This document shows, piece after piece, positions 51,747 to 64,000 of a stretch of 64,000 nt of DNA. The translations under genes were made by a program, and so were the position numbers. The first letter of the stretch is position 1. The number at the start of each line of letters is the position of its first letter. The notes beneath the pieces are model-generated. The model had not been told where the DNA came from. It searched no databases and saw nothing but the letters and a program-made list of their open reading frames with translations. The stretch comes from an uncultured delta proteobacterium. GTDB lineage: Bacteria > Desulfobacterota > WTBG01 > CAIYCZ01 > CAIRTM01. The stretch spans positions 96,001 to 160,000 of the forward strand of contig CAWDSQ010000014.1 of the NCBI GenBank assembly GCA_963804955.1, given 5' to 3'.

Positions 51747-53063
51747 TCAGGAGAGAGTGGGCCCCGGCTTCTTCTTTAAGAGCAGAAGCACCCCCATAAG
51801 CCCGCTTACTTGAAAAGCGATAAGATTCATCAGACTGTGACGCTCCACTTCCATTGCATCAGCATGGTAGACCAACAGGGCATTGAATAAAAAAGCTGCA
51901 ACAATAAAAAAAGGGACGCAATACAGGATATTTCTTTTTTTATTTTTGAAAAAAACATATAGCGCTAAAATAATAGCGGAATATTGATTTATCAATAAAA
52001 AAACAACCATAAAAAATGTATCTATGAGGACATTCACCGGGGCATTCTGTTTATAGTTTTCGTATGTGTAGAAAATCAGTCCAAATGAAATAATTTCCTC
52101 CTTTGCTGAAAATGGCGAAAAAAATGTATACGCAGGATGCGTCAACAGAAAAAGCGCATATGTGCGGGAACCCTTTGTTCGGGTCCAGTCCATGAAGCGT
52201 TCATACTGAGGATCCGCATACAGCTTAAGCCCCTCTGAACTTGCCCATTCTCGCTTCCATGAAAGAATATCAGAATCCACGGGCATGCCGTGCTCGATAA
52301 ACCAGTCGGTATATTGCTTATCAATGAGCACTCTTTGCAACAGCACATTAATCAACGGAAACTGGTGGCGCAAACCCTGATAGGATGAAAGCGATTGAAG
52401 TCCGCATATGATGACAGCAAAAAGAACATATATGGCCGTCTTTTTCTTGAGTGCAGAGCTTTTATATAAGAATGTTGCGGCAAACAATAAGAGAGAAAAA
52501 AAAAGAATAACATAGGGCAGGTTGTCACGGGTAAAACTGAAAAAAAATGTACTGATTGCGAGCAAAAAAAATCGGAAAGGCGTGAGCTTTCTCAAATAAA
52601 AAATGAGCCCGGCCGTCCACAGGGCAAACAAAGAAAAAGAAGTCGATTCTGATCTCATCAAAAAATTCCATCCGGCAATATTCCACCAGAATTGAAAACT
52701 GAAAAAAAGCGTAAAAAATATGCTTCTGGACAGGTAATGAGTTGCCCATAGCGAGGCAGCAAGTCCGGCAAGTGCCCAGGCAATAATGGAGAGGGCCTTT
52801 TGCCCAAGCACAATAGTGTGCGGATTTGAACCTAACACCTTATACAGCAAATCTGTAGTGAATGGCCGGTCGGAAGTAAAAAAAGCCAAACTCCAGAGGG
52901 GCTTTTTTGAACGGTCGACAAACCCCTCCTGGTTTAAAACAGGAAAGCCTTGTAAAAAATTAAAATGATAGAGGCAGGCAATGCATAACAAAAAGGCCAC
53001 ATATATGAAAAAAAAATACCGTGCGCCGTCAGAAAATTTTTTGTTTTTTAGCAGGGAACTCAT
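51747..53063 (-). CDS. Polytopic membrane protein, putative GT-C-type glycosyltransferase (start uncertain; ORF open to 53249)
   Basis: Many TMs, Phe-rich, large loop; upstream of a GT2 gene; function inferred from context only. Confidence 0.55.
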   Translation of the reverse strand: MSSLLKNKKFSDGARYFFFIYVAFLLCIACLYHFNFLQGFPVLNQEGFVDRSKKPLWSLAFFTSDRPFTTDLLYKVLGSNPHTIVLGQKALSIIAWALAGLAASLWATHYLSRSIFFTLFFSFQFWWNIAGWNFLMRSESTSFSLFALWTAGLIFYLRKLTPFRFFLLAISTFFFSFTRDNLPYVILFFSLLLFAATFLYKSSALKKKTAIYVLFAVIICGLQSLSSYQGLRHQFPLINVLLQRVLIDKQYTDWFIEHGMPVDSDILSWKREWASSEGLKLYADPQYERFMDWTRTKGSRTYALFLLTHPAYTFFSPFSAKEEIISFGLIFYTYENYKQNAPVNVLIDTFFMVVFLLINQYSAIILALYVFFKNKKRNILYCVPFFIVAAFLFNALLVYHADAMEVERHSLMNLIAFQVSGLMGVLLLLKKKPGPTLS

Positions 53064-53399
53064 CGGCAGTTCTACCATTGCATTGTGTGCTGACAGAATT
53101 ATCTGCTGTGAAATTTTATGTTCTGTATGCAGGCATACAGCATCCTGCTTTTGAACCTTCCGGATTCCGGCAGGCACCTGCTCGATGCAGTGCTTGAAGA
53201 GCAGCAGGCGTGTCGGCTTGCGACTTTTGGTCATGCCGGCCGTACTCAAGCTTCCTGATTTTCATTTCACCTATTGTACGACACCCACTGGATAGGGGTA
53301 TCGAGCCGACTTTGCAGATCCCGTATCTGTCCGATTTTTGATATGTCGATACAATTTAATTAATAAAAGACTCCACGCCCGCCTTTCGTTACCTGTTGT

Positions 53400-53610
53400 T
53401 ACCGCCTGTGATCTTCGGCATGCAAGCATGACGATGTTGGGTGAACGGTCTCCGCCATCGCAGAAGACGTCGCACCCAAATGTATTGACTTCCTGTTTTC
53501 ATAACAGCCCGACAAGCCCCCTGCACCACAGCCATAATCAAGAACGCGGGCAGTATTGCCGTGTTCCTGGTCAAGCACCCATTCATGGCTTATTTTAAAG
53601 TCCGTTGAAC
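53400..53610 (-). pseudogene. Class I SAM methyltransferase remnant
   Basis: RVLDYGCGAG motif I, then a frameshift and stop; FGCDVF in the shifted frame. Confidence 0.5.
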
Positions 53611-54088
53611 AGTACAAACCCTAAACACCAAACTCGCCGCCTTCACGGCATGATACGGAGTTTATTATATCGTCAATATTTTCACAATCTATAAACTTAC
53701 CTTCCGGGGACTTCAAGTTGCAGGGGCAATACGGGAAGCACCTGAGCTGGCACTTTATTGCATGAACCGATTCCGGCAAAAACTTATTCTATGGAAGAAA
53801 AAATTGAAAGATGCGGAGAATTAAAATCAATGTGCCCGGGTTCTTGATGCGGCAATAATAACCGAAAGGAGCAGGGTGTTGCATTAGCTTCACGTCTTTG
53901 CTGTATAAATCTTTTAAATACGCACAGATTCTTACAAAGCTTGACATTGGCGCCTCAATCATAATAAAGTGAAAGCAAAATTATAGCCTGCAATCTACCG
54001 TTTACTGTTGCAGAGATCATTGTCTGGTCAACTCACAGTGTTCGTGTAAGTTCCTCAACAGGCACTATAAAAGGAAGTGGATTTTACC

Positions 54089-55132
54089 ATGAATCAAATA
54101 GCACTGCTCATCCCGGCATACAAACCATCAGACAGGTTGATCTCATTGATAAAAGAGTTGCAGCAACTCGACAGCCACAAGATTATCAATACTATTCTGA
54201 TAGTAGATGATGGCAACGAAAAAAGTTTCGAAAATATTTTTTGCGATGTTTCAAAGCACGAAAATGTTTTGATCATTAAACATGCTGTTAATTTAGGAAA
54301 AGGTGCGGCACTCAAAACTGGATTCAACTATATCCTTACGCATTTCCCGGATGTTTCCTGCATTGTAACCGCAGATGCAGATGGCCAGCATGCACCTGAA
54401 GATATTTTACATGTTGCTCAAGAATCTATAAAAAAACAAGACCATTACATTTTAGGAGTTCGGACTTTTCAGAAGGATGTTCCCTTGAGGAGCAAGTTGG
54501 GAAATGTTTTAACAAAACTGATATTTCTTTTTCTGACAGGAATTAAATTATCTGATACTCAAACAGGGTTGAGAGCCTGGCCTGTTCAATTTGCTAGAGA
54601 GGCATTAAAAATAACCCTTAACGGGTATGATTTTGAAATGGAGTGCCTTTTACGTTCAAAATCAAAAGTATGCGAAGTTCCAATAAGAACAATTTATGAA
54701 GACAACAATAAAACATCGCATTTTAACCCTATTTTAGACTCAATGAGGATATACTTTCTTCTTTTTCGTTTTGCTTCTTCATCTTTGTTGACAAGTTTAT
54801 CTGATTTTATAATTTTTGCAATAATATATAAAATAAATAATAATATTTTATACAGTATAATCATAGCTCGTTTTTTTTCTGTTAATATAAATTTTATTAT
54901 AAACAAAGATTTTGTTTTTCATCACAAAGGCAGTTGCTATATGCCTATAATTAAATTCTATAGCGCTGCTGTTTTTATGGGCTCGCTTTCATATTTCATC
55001 ATAAATACTATTGCAAATCATTTTATGTATAATGTAATTTCAATTAAATTATTTACCGAAATATTATTATTTGTTTTTAGCTTTCTGTTGCAGAGAGATT
55101 TTATTTTCCCCAAAAAATTTGATAATGAATAA
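54089..55132 (+). CDS. Bifunctional GT2 glycosyltransferase / GtrA-family protein
   Basis: LIPAYKP, VDDG, NLGKGAALKTG, TADADGQH, DTQTGLR, SHFNPILDS; C-terminal 4-TM GtrA-like region. Confidence 0.9.
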   Translation: MNQIALLIPAYKPSDRLISLIKELQQLDSHKIINTILIVDDGNEKSFENIFCDVSKHENVLIIKHAVNLGKGAALKTGFNYILTHFPDVSCIVTADADGQHAPEDILHVAQESIKKQDHYILGVRTFQKDVPLRSKLGNVLTKLIFLFLTGIKLSDTQTGLRAWPVQFAREALKITLNGYDFEMECLLRSKSKVCEVPIRTIYEDNNKTSHFNPILDSMRIYFLLFRFASSSLLTSLSDFIIFAIIYKINNNILYSIIIARFFSVNINFIINKDFVFHHKGSCYMPIIKFYSAAVFMGSLSYFIINTIANHFMYNVISIKLFTEILLFVFSFLLQRDFIFPKKFDNE

Positions 55133-55171
55133 ATGTAAAAATTATGACTATATTTGACCCTTTGGTCTGAT

Positions 55172-56011
55172 ATGCAAAACCTCCTTTCAATTGATTTTGA
55201 GTCATGGTTTCATTTCTTAGGTGATCCATCAGCCCCAAAGCGCGAACAGTGGCATACGCTTGACGCGCGTCTTGAAAAAAATACTGCTGTACTGCTTGAA
55301 GCACTGGATGGTTCATCCGTAACATTTTTTGTTCTTGGATGGGTTGGGGAATACTATCCTGAGATTGTTAAAAAAATATTCCAGGCTGGTCACGAAATAG
55401 CCTGCCATGGGTATTATCATGATTTAATTTTCAAGCTGGGGCCTCAAAAATTCAGGGATGATATTAAAAAAGCAAAAGCGCTGCTTGAGGATATAACAGG
55501 GGAAGCGGTTTTGGGATACAGGGCTCCCGGTTTTTCAATTCGAAAATCCGAGCCATGGGCATTGGAAATTATCTATGAAGAAGGTTTCAAGTATGATTCA
55601 AGCATATTCCCTGCATTGAGGACCATGGGAGGAATTGACGGATTTAACCGGTTCCCTCAAATAATGAAACTGAAGGCCGGCGAATTGATTGAACTGCCGG
55701 TTTCAACGACATTGCTCTTTGATAAGCCGATTGTATTTTGCGGCGGCGGTTTTTTTCGATTTTGTCCTTATTGGTTTATGAAGCGTGAAATAACACAACT
55801 AAACCAAGCCAATATACCTGCTGTCGTTTACCTTCATCCGCAGGATTTTGATCCCGGGCAGCCCAGGATGAAACTCACAAAGGGGCATTATTTCCTGTAT
55901 TATTATGGACTGCATAAAGCCCTCAAGAAGTTTAAAAAACTTTTAAGTGATTTTCAGTGGCAGGGTTTTGCCGCGTATGCAAAATCAAATTTTAGTCAGA
56001 ACTTCAAATAA
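55172..56011 (+). CDS. Polysaccharide deacetylase (DUF3473-type)
   Basis: SIDFESWF, TFFVLGWV, HEIACHGYYH, GYRAPGFSI, YDSS, GGGFFR and YLHP. Confidence 0.9.
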   Translation: MQNLLSIDFESWFHFLGDPSAPKREQWHTLDARLEKNTAVLLEALDGSSVTFFVLGWVGEYYPEIVKKIFQAGHEIACHGYYHDLIFKLGPQKFRDDIKKAKALLEDITGEAVLGYRAPGFSIRKSEPWALEIIYEEGFKYDSSIFPALRTMGGIDGFNRFPQIMKLKAGELIELPVSTTLLFDKPIVFCGGGFFRFCPYWFMKREITQLNQANIPAVVYLHPQDFDPGQPRMKLTKGHYFLYYYGLHKALKKFKKLLSDFQWQGFAAYAKSNFSQNFK

Positions 56012-56152
56012 TAAAAAAACAGGAAGCACCAGGAATAACAGTCGGCAGGAAAGTTATTTTAAGTGGGGCCTGGATCATTTGATATCTTTATAATTATAAC
56101 TTCAGCCGGTATTGTACAATATTTTTTATTTTTTAAGCACAAGGACCTTTGT

Positions 56153-57274
56153 TTGTCTAACCATATAAACACAAAAAACAGAACCTGGACATTACGCACT
56201 GCAACAGAGAATGATGCAGACGGCATACTGCAATTAAGAAAAGTGACATTCCCTCATGAGGATTATGAGAAGCAGGAAAGATCATACTGGCGTTGGGAGT
56301 TTATCGATAATTACGCCGGTTCGGCAAATATGTTTGTTGCGGTCGATGGGAACGATATTGTTGGCTACTATGCTGTCATTCCTCAGCGTTTTATCTGTAA
56401 CAACGAAACCCTGCGGGGGGCCATTGTTGTTGATGTTATGACGCATCCGGACTTTCGTTTTCAGGGAATGTTTACAGCTATTGCCCGCTTTGCCTTTCAA
56501 TCCTGTACCGACACAACTGATCTGGAGTTTACAACCGGGTATCCAATCAGACCCGAGGGAATGCCGGGCCATCTCAAGGTCGGTTGGAATATTCGTTTTA
56601 AAATTGGTATTTGGGCACAACCTCTTTCATTACAGGGAATACTGTCCTCCAGGGTTCAAAGCCTGGGCAGGCACCCAGCGCTTTCAAAAACAATTTCCTT
56701 TCTACCGGATTTGTTGTTTCGGCTCTACGCAAACCTGAAATTACGGCACAATGAACTATATAAGGTGGAAAGAACTTCAAGGATTGATTGCCGGCGTTTC
56801 CAGCATTTTTGGCAAAATTGCTCAAGCGCCATCCCCCCAGATTGTATTCTGCAGGAAAGAACCGTAGAATATCTTACGTGGCGTTATGATTCGAATCCCG
56901 GCAGAACATATACATACCATCTAGCCATAGGGGCGGACGATACCATACTGGGATTTATTGTAACAAGGGTTGTAGAATTTTCTAATACAAAAATAATGCT
57001 GCTTGTCGACGCCTGTTGTTCGCAAAAAGACCATAAAAACATTTACAGACTTTTAGCAAAAGATGCTTATGACCTTTCAAGGGATTGCCAGTGCTCTCTT
57101 TCGGCCATGATTGTTTCGCAGCCCAACTTTATGTTCCCGAGCCCATGGAAACTGGGTTTTCTACCAACACCATTTAAATTCAGCTTTATGACAAGACTTC
57201 TAAGGCAGCATTCTATAATTGAACAAAATAATTTATCGTGGCACTTGATGTGGGGAGACACAGATGATGTATAA
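56153..57274 (+). CDS. GNAT-family N-acetyltransferase (tandem GNAT-like)
   Basis: DVMTHPDFRFQGMF acetyl-CoA motif; YLTWRY; TTG 56153 follows AAGGA (ORF open from 56063). Confidence 0.8.
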   Translation: MSNHINTKNRTWTLRTATENDADGILQLRKVTFPHEDYEKQERSYWRWEFIDNYAGSANMFVAVDGNDIVGYYAVIPQRFICNNETLRGAIVVDVMTHPDFRFQGMFTAIARFAFQSCTDTTDLEFTTGYPIRPEGMPGHLKVGWNIRFKIGIWAQPLSLQGILSSRVQSLGRHPALSKTISFLPDLLFRLYANLKLRHNELYKVERTSRIDCRRFQHFWQNCSSAIPPDCILQERTVEYLTWRYDSNPGRTYTYHLAIGADDTILGFIVTRVVEFSNTKIMLLVDACCSQKDHKNIYRLLAKDAYDLSRDCQCSLSAMIVSQPNFMFPSPWKLGFLPTPFKFSFMTRLLRQHSIIEQNNLSWHLMWGDTDDV

Positions 57275-57469
57275 ATTATTTTGTTTACTTTGAGCTTGTA
57301 GCCAATTGTAGTGGGCCTGAAAGGAGATGGCAGCCAGTTGTCCGCTTCTGTGCTTTGGCCCGGGCAAAATTATATTTTCCCTGAGCATTGACAGGATTCA
57401 TTTATACTGCTTGTTCTTACACATACACACAAACATATACCGTGGATTTTTAGCTTTTCAACATTTACA

Positions 57470-59386
57470 TTACCCGACTAATTCCAAACATCTGTCTTTT
57501 ATATTCACCTTGTAAACAGCACGGTTCTTTATAAAATCTTTAAGCATAACGCCACCATTTTTAAATAATTTTCCAAATTCCTGTATAAACTGCTCATCAC
57601 AATTATATATTAATACATACTCATAGCCAGCCACAAGTTCATCCATCCACTTATCTGCATTTATTTTTCTTGTCCACTGATCTTTCGCTCCATAAGGAGT
57701 TCCTATGCTCCATGAAAAATTGGGATTCGTAGTATTAGGCCTTAAACTATATCTTAAAATCCAATAGGATAGCCCCCCCGTAAGATCATTTTGTGAAACA
57801 ACATAGACCGTATGTTTTTCTTTACCGACCAAGCCCGTAAATTTATTAGCCGTATCAGTAAAAGGCTGCCTGGTTGCTATGCTATAATCTGTGCTTTTAT
57901 AGAACAATTTTATAATTGAATTAGATTCAACATTTGATTAATAAAAAAGCCAGCAAAAATATCAATCCGTATTTTACACCTGATTCTTTACTGCTATCAC
58001 TGAGAATTTTTAGCGCAGCAAACATTAACATTCCAGCAAAATATATATTGAGATATCTGTTAAATGACGCTAAAGCGACTGCTTCGAGAGGACTGAATTT
58101 AAATAAATATAATACCAGCAATCCAAAAACGTAAATTAGATTACCCAGCAATATTGTTACAATGATAAACTTAGTCTTTTTTTTGTTTTCAGCTGTTTTA
58201 TAAAAATAAAAAAATAAAATAATAAATATTGCAGATGCTGAAAAAAATGTTAATGGTTGAAAAACGGTGTTACTACCTGCCTATGAATTGTATTAATAAA
58301 ATTATCGACGACTCTTGACTTATAAGTAGCATCATTACCCGCAAGGATAGTTATTAATTCACTCATGACAACAGGTTTTGAAAAAGCTTCATATACATTA
58401 TTGCTTTTTATCTCATGAACCCACGAATACTTGGCAAATAAAATAGAAAATAATATAAAAAAAACTACAAATAATTGTTTTAGATTTGCTTTTGAAAACT
58501 TATTTTTAAAAATTTTTGCTAAAGATTTTTTTATAAATAAAACATCTATTAAAACGATAAAAAATATAATTGATGCCAGGTACGCACCAACAGGCTTTAA
58601 TAAAACCAACATAAATGTTGTAAAAAATAAAGCTATAGATGTTAATAAATCATATTCTTTTTTAACAAAAACAGTTGCTAACCCGAAGCCAAACAAAAGC
58701 CCCAATATTGGATCAATAAAAACAATGGTATAATAGTTAGTAAAAAAGATAGCTGGAGAAATAATTATTATTAATATTATTATTAATATTTTTAAAAACT
58801 CATTCCATTTTATTTTTTTTAAAAATGGCAAAAATAAAGATACTGCAACTATTTGATAACTTACAAATAATAACCCTTCATTAAAACTCCCGGCAAGGAC
58901 TTGCCAAAAATATTGAAATAAAGCCATCGCAGGCGGGTATGATTTAAAAGCGCAACCGGAAGCAGGATTAGTTACAAAGTCATTAATGTCGAACATTGCT
59001 TTAATTGAATCTCCCCAGAATGAAAATTCATCCCATGAGATTAAAAGTCTTCCTTTGTGGATTTTGACTAAAGCAACAAAAAAAATTATGAATATTACGA
59101 ACCCCGGGGTGAAGGTGTTTTGACATAACTCTTTCCATGATTTCTTTATAATGACGCTTAAAAATGTATATGCATATAAAAATATTGAAATTAATAAAAT
59201 AAAATAAATTCCTATTTTTAAAATTTCAAAAAGCCCAAATAAATATAATATAAAAACAATACCCATAATAGTTACAGGAATAACTTCTTCAAATCTTTTT
59301 TTAAATACTTGTGAACAAAAAATACTTAATGAACACAAAACCATTATAATTATAAACAATGAAATATTCAAACCATCTATAGACAT
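57470..59386 (-). CDS. Very AT-rich polytopic membrane protein (putative GT-C fold), split into three ORFs by frameshifts
   Basis: ORFs 58250-59386, 57927-58151 and 57470-57907 are collinear; WDEFSFWG and YPP loop motifs; breaks lie in A/T-rich sequence. Confidence 0.6.
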
Positions 59387-59607
59387 AGTATTTCCTTTTT
59401 AAATATATATTTTTATATGTTTTAAATAATAAAATTATAAAATAAATAAATAAATAAATAACATTATTTATTATAATAAATACAATCCATATTATATTTT
59501 AAAATTTTTGTCAAGTTTGTTTATTCAGCTGTTTATGCTTATTGTTGCTGCGCATAAAGTGTGCTCGTAAAATCAGATCTTTAAATGAATTGCCCTCATT
59601 CTTCGCT

Positions 59608-59880
59608 GGCTCAACTCTGAAGTTCAACGCCTGCCGGTGGTTTGGTGTAGCGCAAGTTTATCACCGAAGAATACCGCAGTTAGGGTTCTAAATCCAAAAA
59701 ATTTTAACGGTCGGTGATTATGTCGATCTACAAGTCCATTGCCTTTGTTGAAAGGTAACATCCTTCAAATCCTTCCCCTTGGGGAAATACTGCTGCTGAA
59801 ACCCGTTGCTGTTTTGGGTCAGAAACCGCTCCGGGGAATAGCAGGGATGCACGAAGCAACTGGCCGCCTTTAGAGCATAT
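59608..59880 (-). pseudogene. Degraded IS30-family transposase C-terminus and right end
   Basis: Translates FVHPCYSPER...NSNGFQQQYFPKG...NHRPLKFFGFRT...VELQS*, matching the IS30 pattern ERGxNENxNGLxRQYFPKG...NxRPRKxLGFxTP. Confidence 0.75.
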
Positions 59881-60157
59881 TTCTAAATAGTATAGCCATA
59901 TGCGCACAGGTAAGCCTTTGGTAAGAGTAGCCAGTGCGATTCGAGCAATTGGCATTCCATCATTGCCGGTTTCTCTTGCGAAAATAGAGCACGGGCAAAC
60001 GAATCAAAAGCTTACCATAAGGGCGTATGACTACAACAAAATGAAAAATGCTCTGGTTCTGATGCGATAGCTGCATGCCCCGCAAACTTTTTGCCGTTGC
60101 CGTATGCGTTTGGATGAAGTACAGCCTGCTGCTGCGCGGATAACCAGGAAGAATGAT

Positions 60158-60228
60158 AAAAAAATCCCCCTGGGGAGGGGCTCCCAGGGGGAAAGAGGAG
60201 GTATAATGGAAATTGCTCTCCATTACCT
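60158..60228 (-). ncRNA. Candidate ~70-nt sRNA with anti-Shine-Dalgarno motif
   Basis: Promoter TTGCGG-N16-TATAAT (60262-60235); hairpin TAATGGAGA-GCAA-TTTCCATTA; ACCTCCTCTT; 10-bp terminator stem plus T7. Confidence 0.55.
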
Positions 60229-60352
60229 TAATTAATTATAACGTATATTTTTAGCTCCGCAAGGGGCAAACTTTATTTTTTGAATTTTTTTTTGCCGTAC
60301 CTTCAGGGTCGCAAACCTTGGTCAGAGTCAGGGACGATACTCCACCAGGCTA

Positions 60353-62486
<2,134 letters not shown>

Positions 62487-62624
62487 CAAAATTTCCCCGA
62501 TGGCGTTCGCGGACGCAAGGCAATGAAGCTTGAAAATACCCCTGTAAACAGGTATAACCGTAAAACTTTTATCAGGCAAGCACTTTTGCCTGATTCTGCA
62601 ATCTGAAAGGAGCACTCATCAGCC

Positions 62625-64000
62625 ATGGCACATCCCGACTCATTTCATGCCCGCGCCGCACTTGCAACAGCGGGCGACACTGTGGCGTATTACCGCCTCG
62701 CAGCCCTTGAAGAACAGGGCTTTGCCGACCTCTCACGCATGCCTTTTTCAATAAAGATTCTTCTGGAAGGCCTGCTCCGCGGTGAAGACGGCTCCACCAT
62801 AACTCGCGATGATATTCTGCGGCTTGCCCGGTACAATCCCGCCGGCCCCGCTCCCGTTGAAATCGCCTTCAGGCCGGGCCGGGTTCTGCTGCAGGATTTC
62901 ACGGGCGTGCCCTGCGTGGTTGACCTTGCAGCCATGCGCAGCGCCATGGCGCGTCTTGGAGGCGACCCGCGGCGCATCAACCCGCGCATCCCGGTCGACC
63001 TTGTCGTTGACCACAGCGTGCAGATGGACGCAAGCGGCTTCCCGCAGGCTCTTGAACTCAATACGGCCCGCGAGTTTGAGCGCAACCGCGAGCGCTACGA
63101 ATTTTTCCGCTGGGGCCAGACCGCTTTTGACAATTTCCGGGTCATCCCGCCCTCGCAGGGCATTTGCCACCAGGTAAACCTTGAATATCTTGCCTGCGTT
63201 GTACAGCGCCGCATGATTGACGGCCAGGCTGTCGCTTTCCCCGATACGCTGGTCGGCACGGACTCCCACACCACCATGATAAACGGCCTTGGGCATTGCG
63301 GGCTGGGGCGTTGGCGGCATCGAGGCAGAGGCGGTCATGCTGGGCGAGCCCCTGTATATGATTGCGCCGCCGGTTGTGGGCATGCGCCTTACCGGCCGGC
63401 TGAAGGAGGGCGTGACGGCAACCGACCTTGTGCTCACCATCACGGAGCTGCTGCGCAGCCGCGGCGTGGTAGAGAAATTTGTCGAATTCTTCGGGCCGGG
63501 CCTTGACGCCATGAGCGTCACCGACAGGGCAACGGTTGCCAATATGGCCCCTGAATACGGCGCCACCATGGGCTTTTTTCCAGTTGACGGACAGACCATT
63601 TCCTACCTGCGCAGCACCGGACGGCCGGACGGGCTTGTTGACCTTGTAGAGCGCTACTGCAAAGCACAGGGCCTTTTCAGGCTGCCCGGCATGCCGGAGC
63701 CCGTGTTTCAGGAAACCCTGGAGCTTGACATGGCAACAGTTGCTCCCTGCCTTGCAGGGCCCAGCAGGCCGCAGGACCGCATTGCGCTCTCCGGAATGAA
63801 AAGCGCATGGAAGGCTTCGCTTTCAGCCCCGAAGGACAAGCGGGGCTACGGCCTTGACAGCCAGGCACGGGCTGCACAAGCCGAGGCTTCACTTCCCGAC
63901 GGCAGCACCGCCATAATCACCCACGGTGCTGTGGTCATCGCCTCCATCACCAGCTGCACCAATACCAGCAACCCTGCCGTGATGCTTGCAGCCGGGCTGC
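62625..64000 (+). CDS. acnA: Aconitate hydratase A, 3'-truncated by the window edge (frameshift near 63290)
   Basis: [37 protein letters not shown]; shifted frame [20 protein letters not shown] and [10 protein letters not shown]. Confidence 0.95.

Overview
A 64-kb bacterial chromosomal window. Gene content (sigma54 two-component system, PxxKW protein, class III RNR, Pil-Chp-like chemosensory cluster) suggests an anaerobic Deltaproteobacterium (Desulfobacterota-like); this taxonomy is inference. In order it contains: SLT fragment, PxxKW protein, etfBA, a Cache-HK/NtrC-type pair, acs, a RavA/ViaA-like AAA+/vWA pair, mtaB, small genes, an OmpA lipoprotein, a five-gene chemosensory cluster, a long minus-strand envelope-modification run (ICMT-like, GT2, LAB_N, ArnT-like, pseudo-thermonuclease, kinase, SPOR lipoprotein, OmpR-type TCS, MltD-like), nrdD-redoxin-nrdG, rnhA, MFS, mscL, YihY, an AT-rich glycosylation island carrying IS3 and IS30 relics, glgX and the 5' part of acnA. 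About 15 genes carry 1-bp frameshifts, several in homopolymers, most likely long-read assembly errors. The best novel candidate is non-coding: a consensus sigma54 promoter just downstream of the HK-RR pair whose predicted start site falls at the first of two tandem C-rich stem-loop units (3401-3620), an architecture reminiscent of myxobacterial Pxr sRNA loci. A second compact anti-Shine-Dalgarno sRNA candidate lies at 60158-60228. No tRNA, rRNA or CRISPR array was seen. All calls were made by eye, without database searches.
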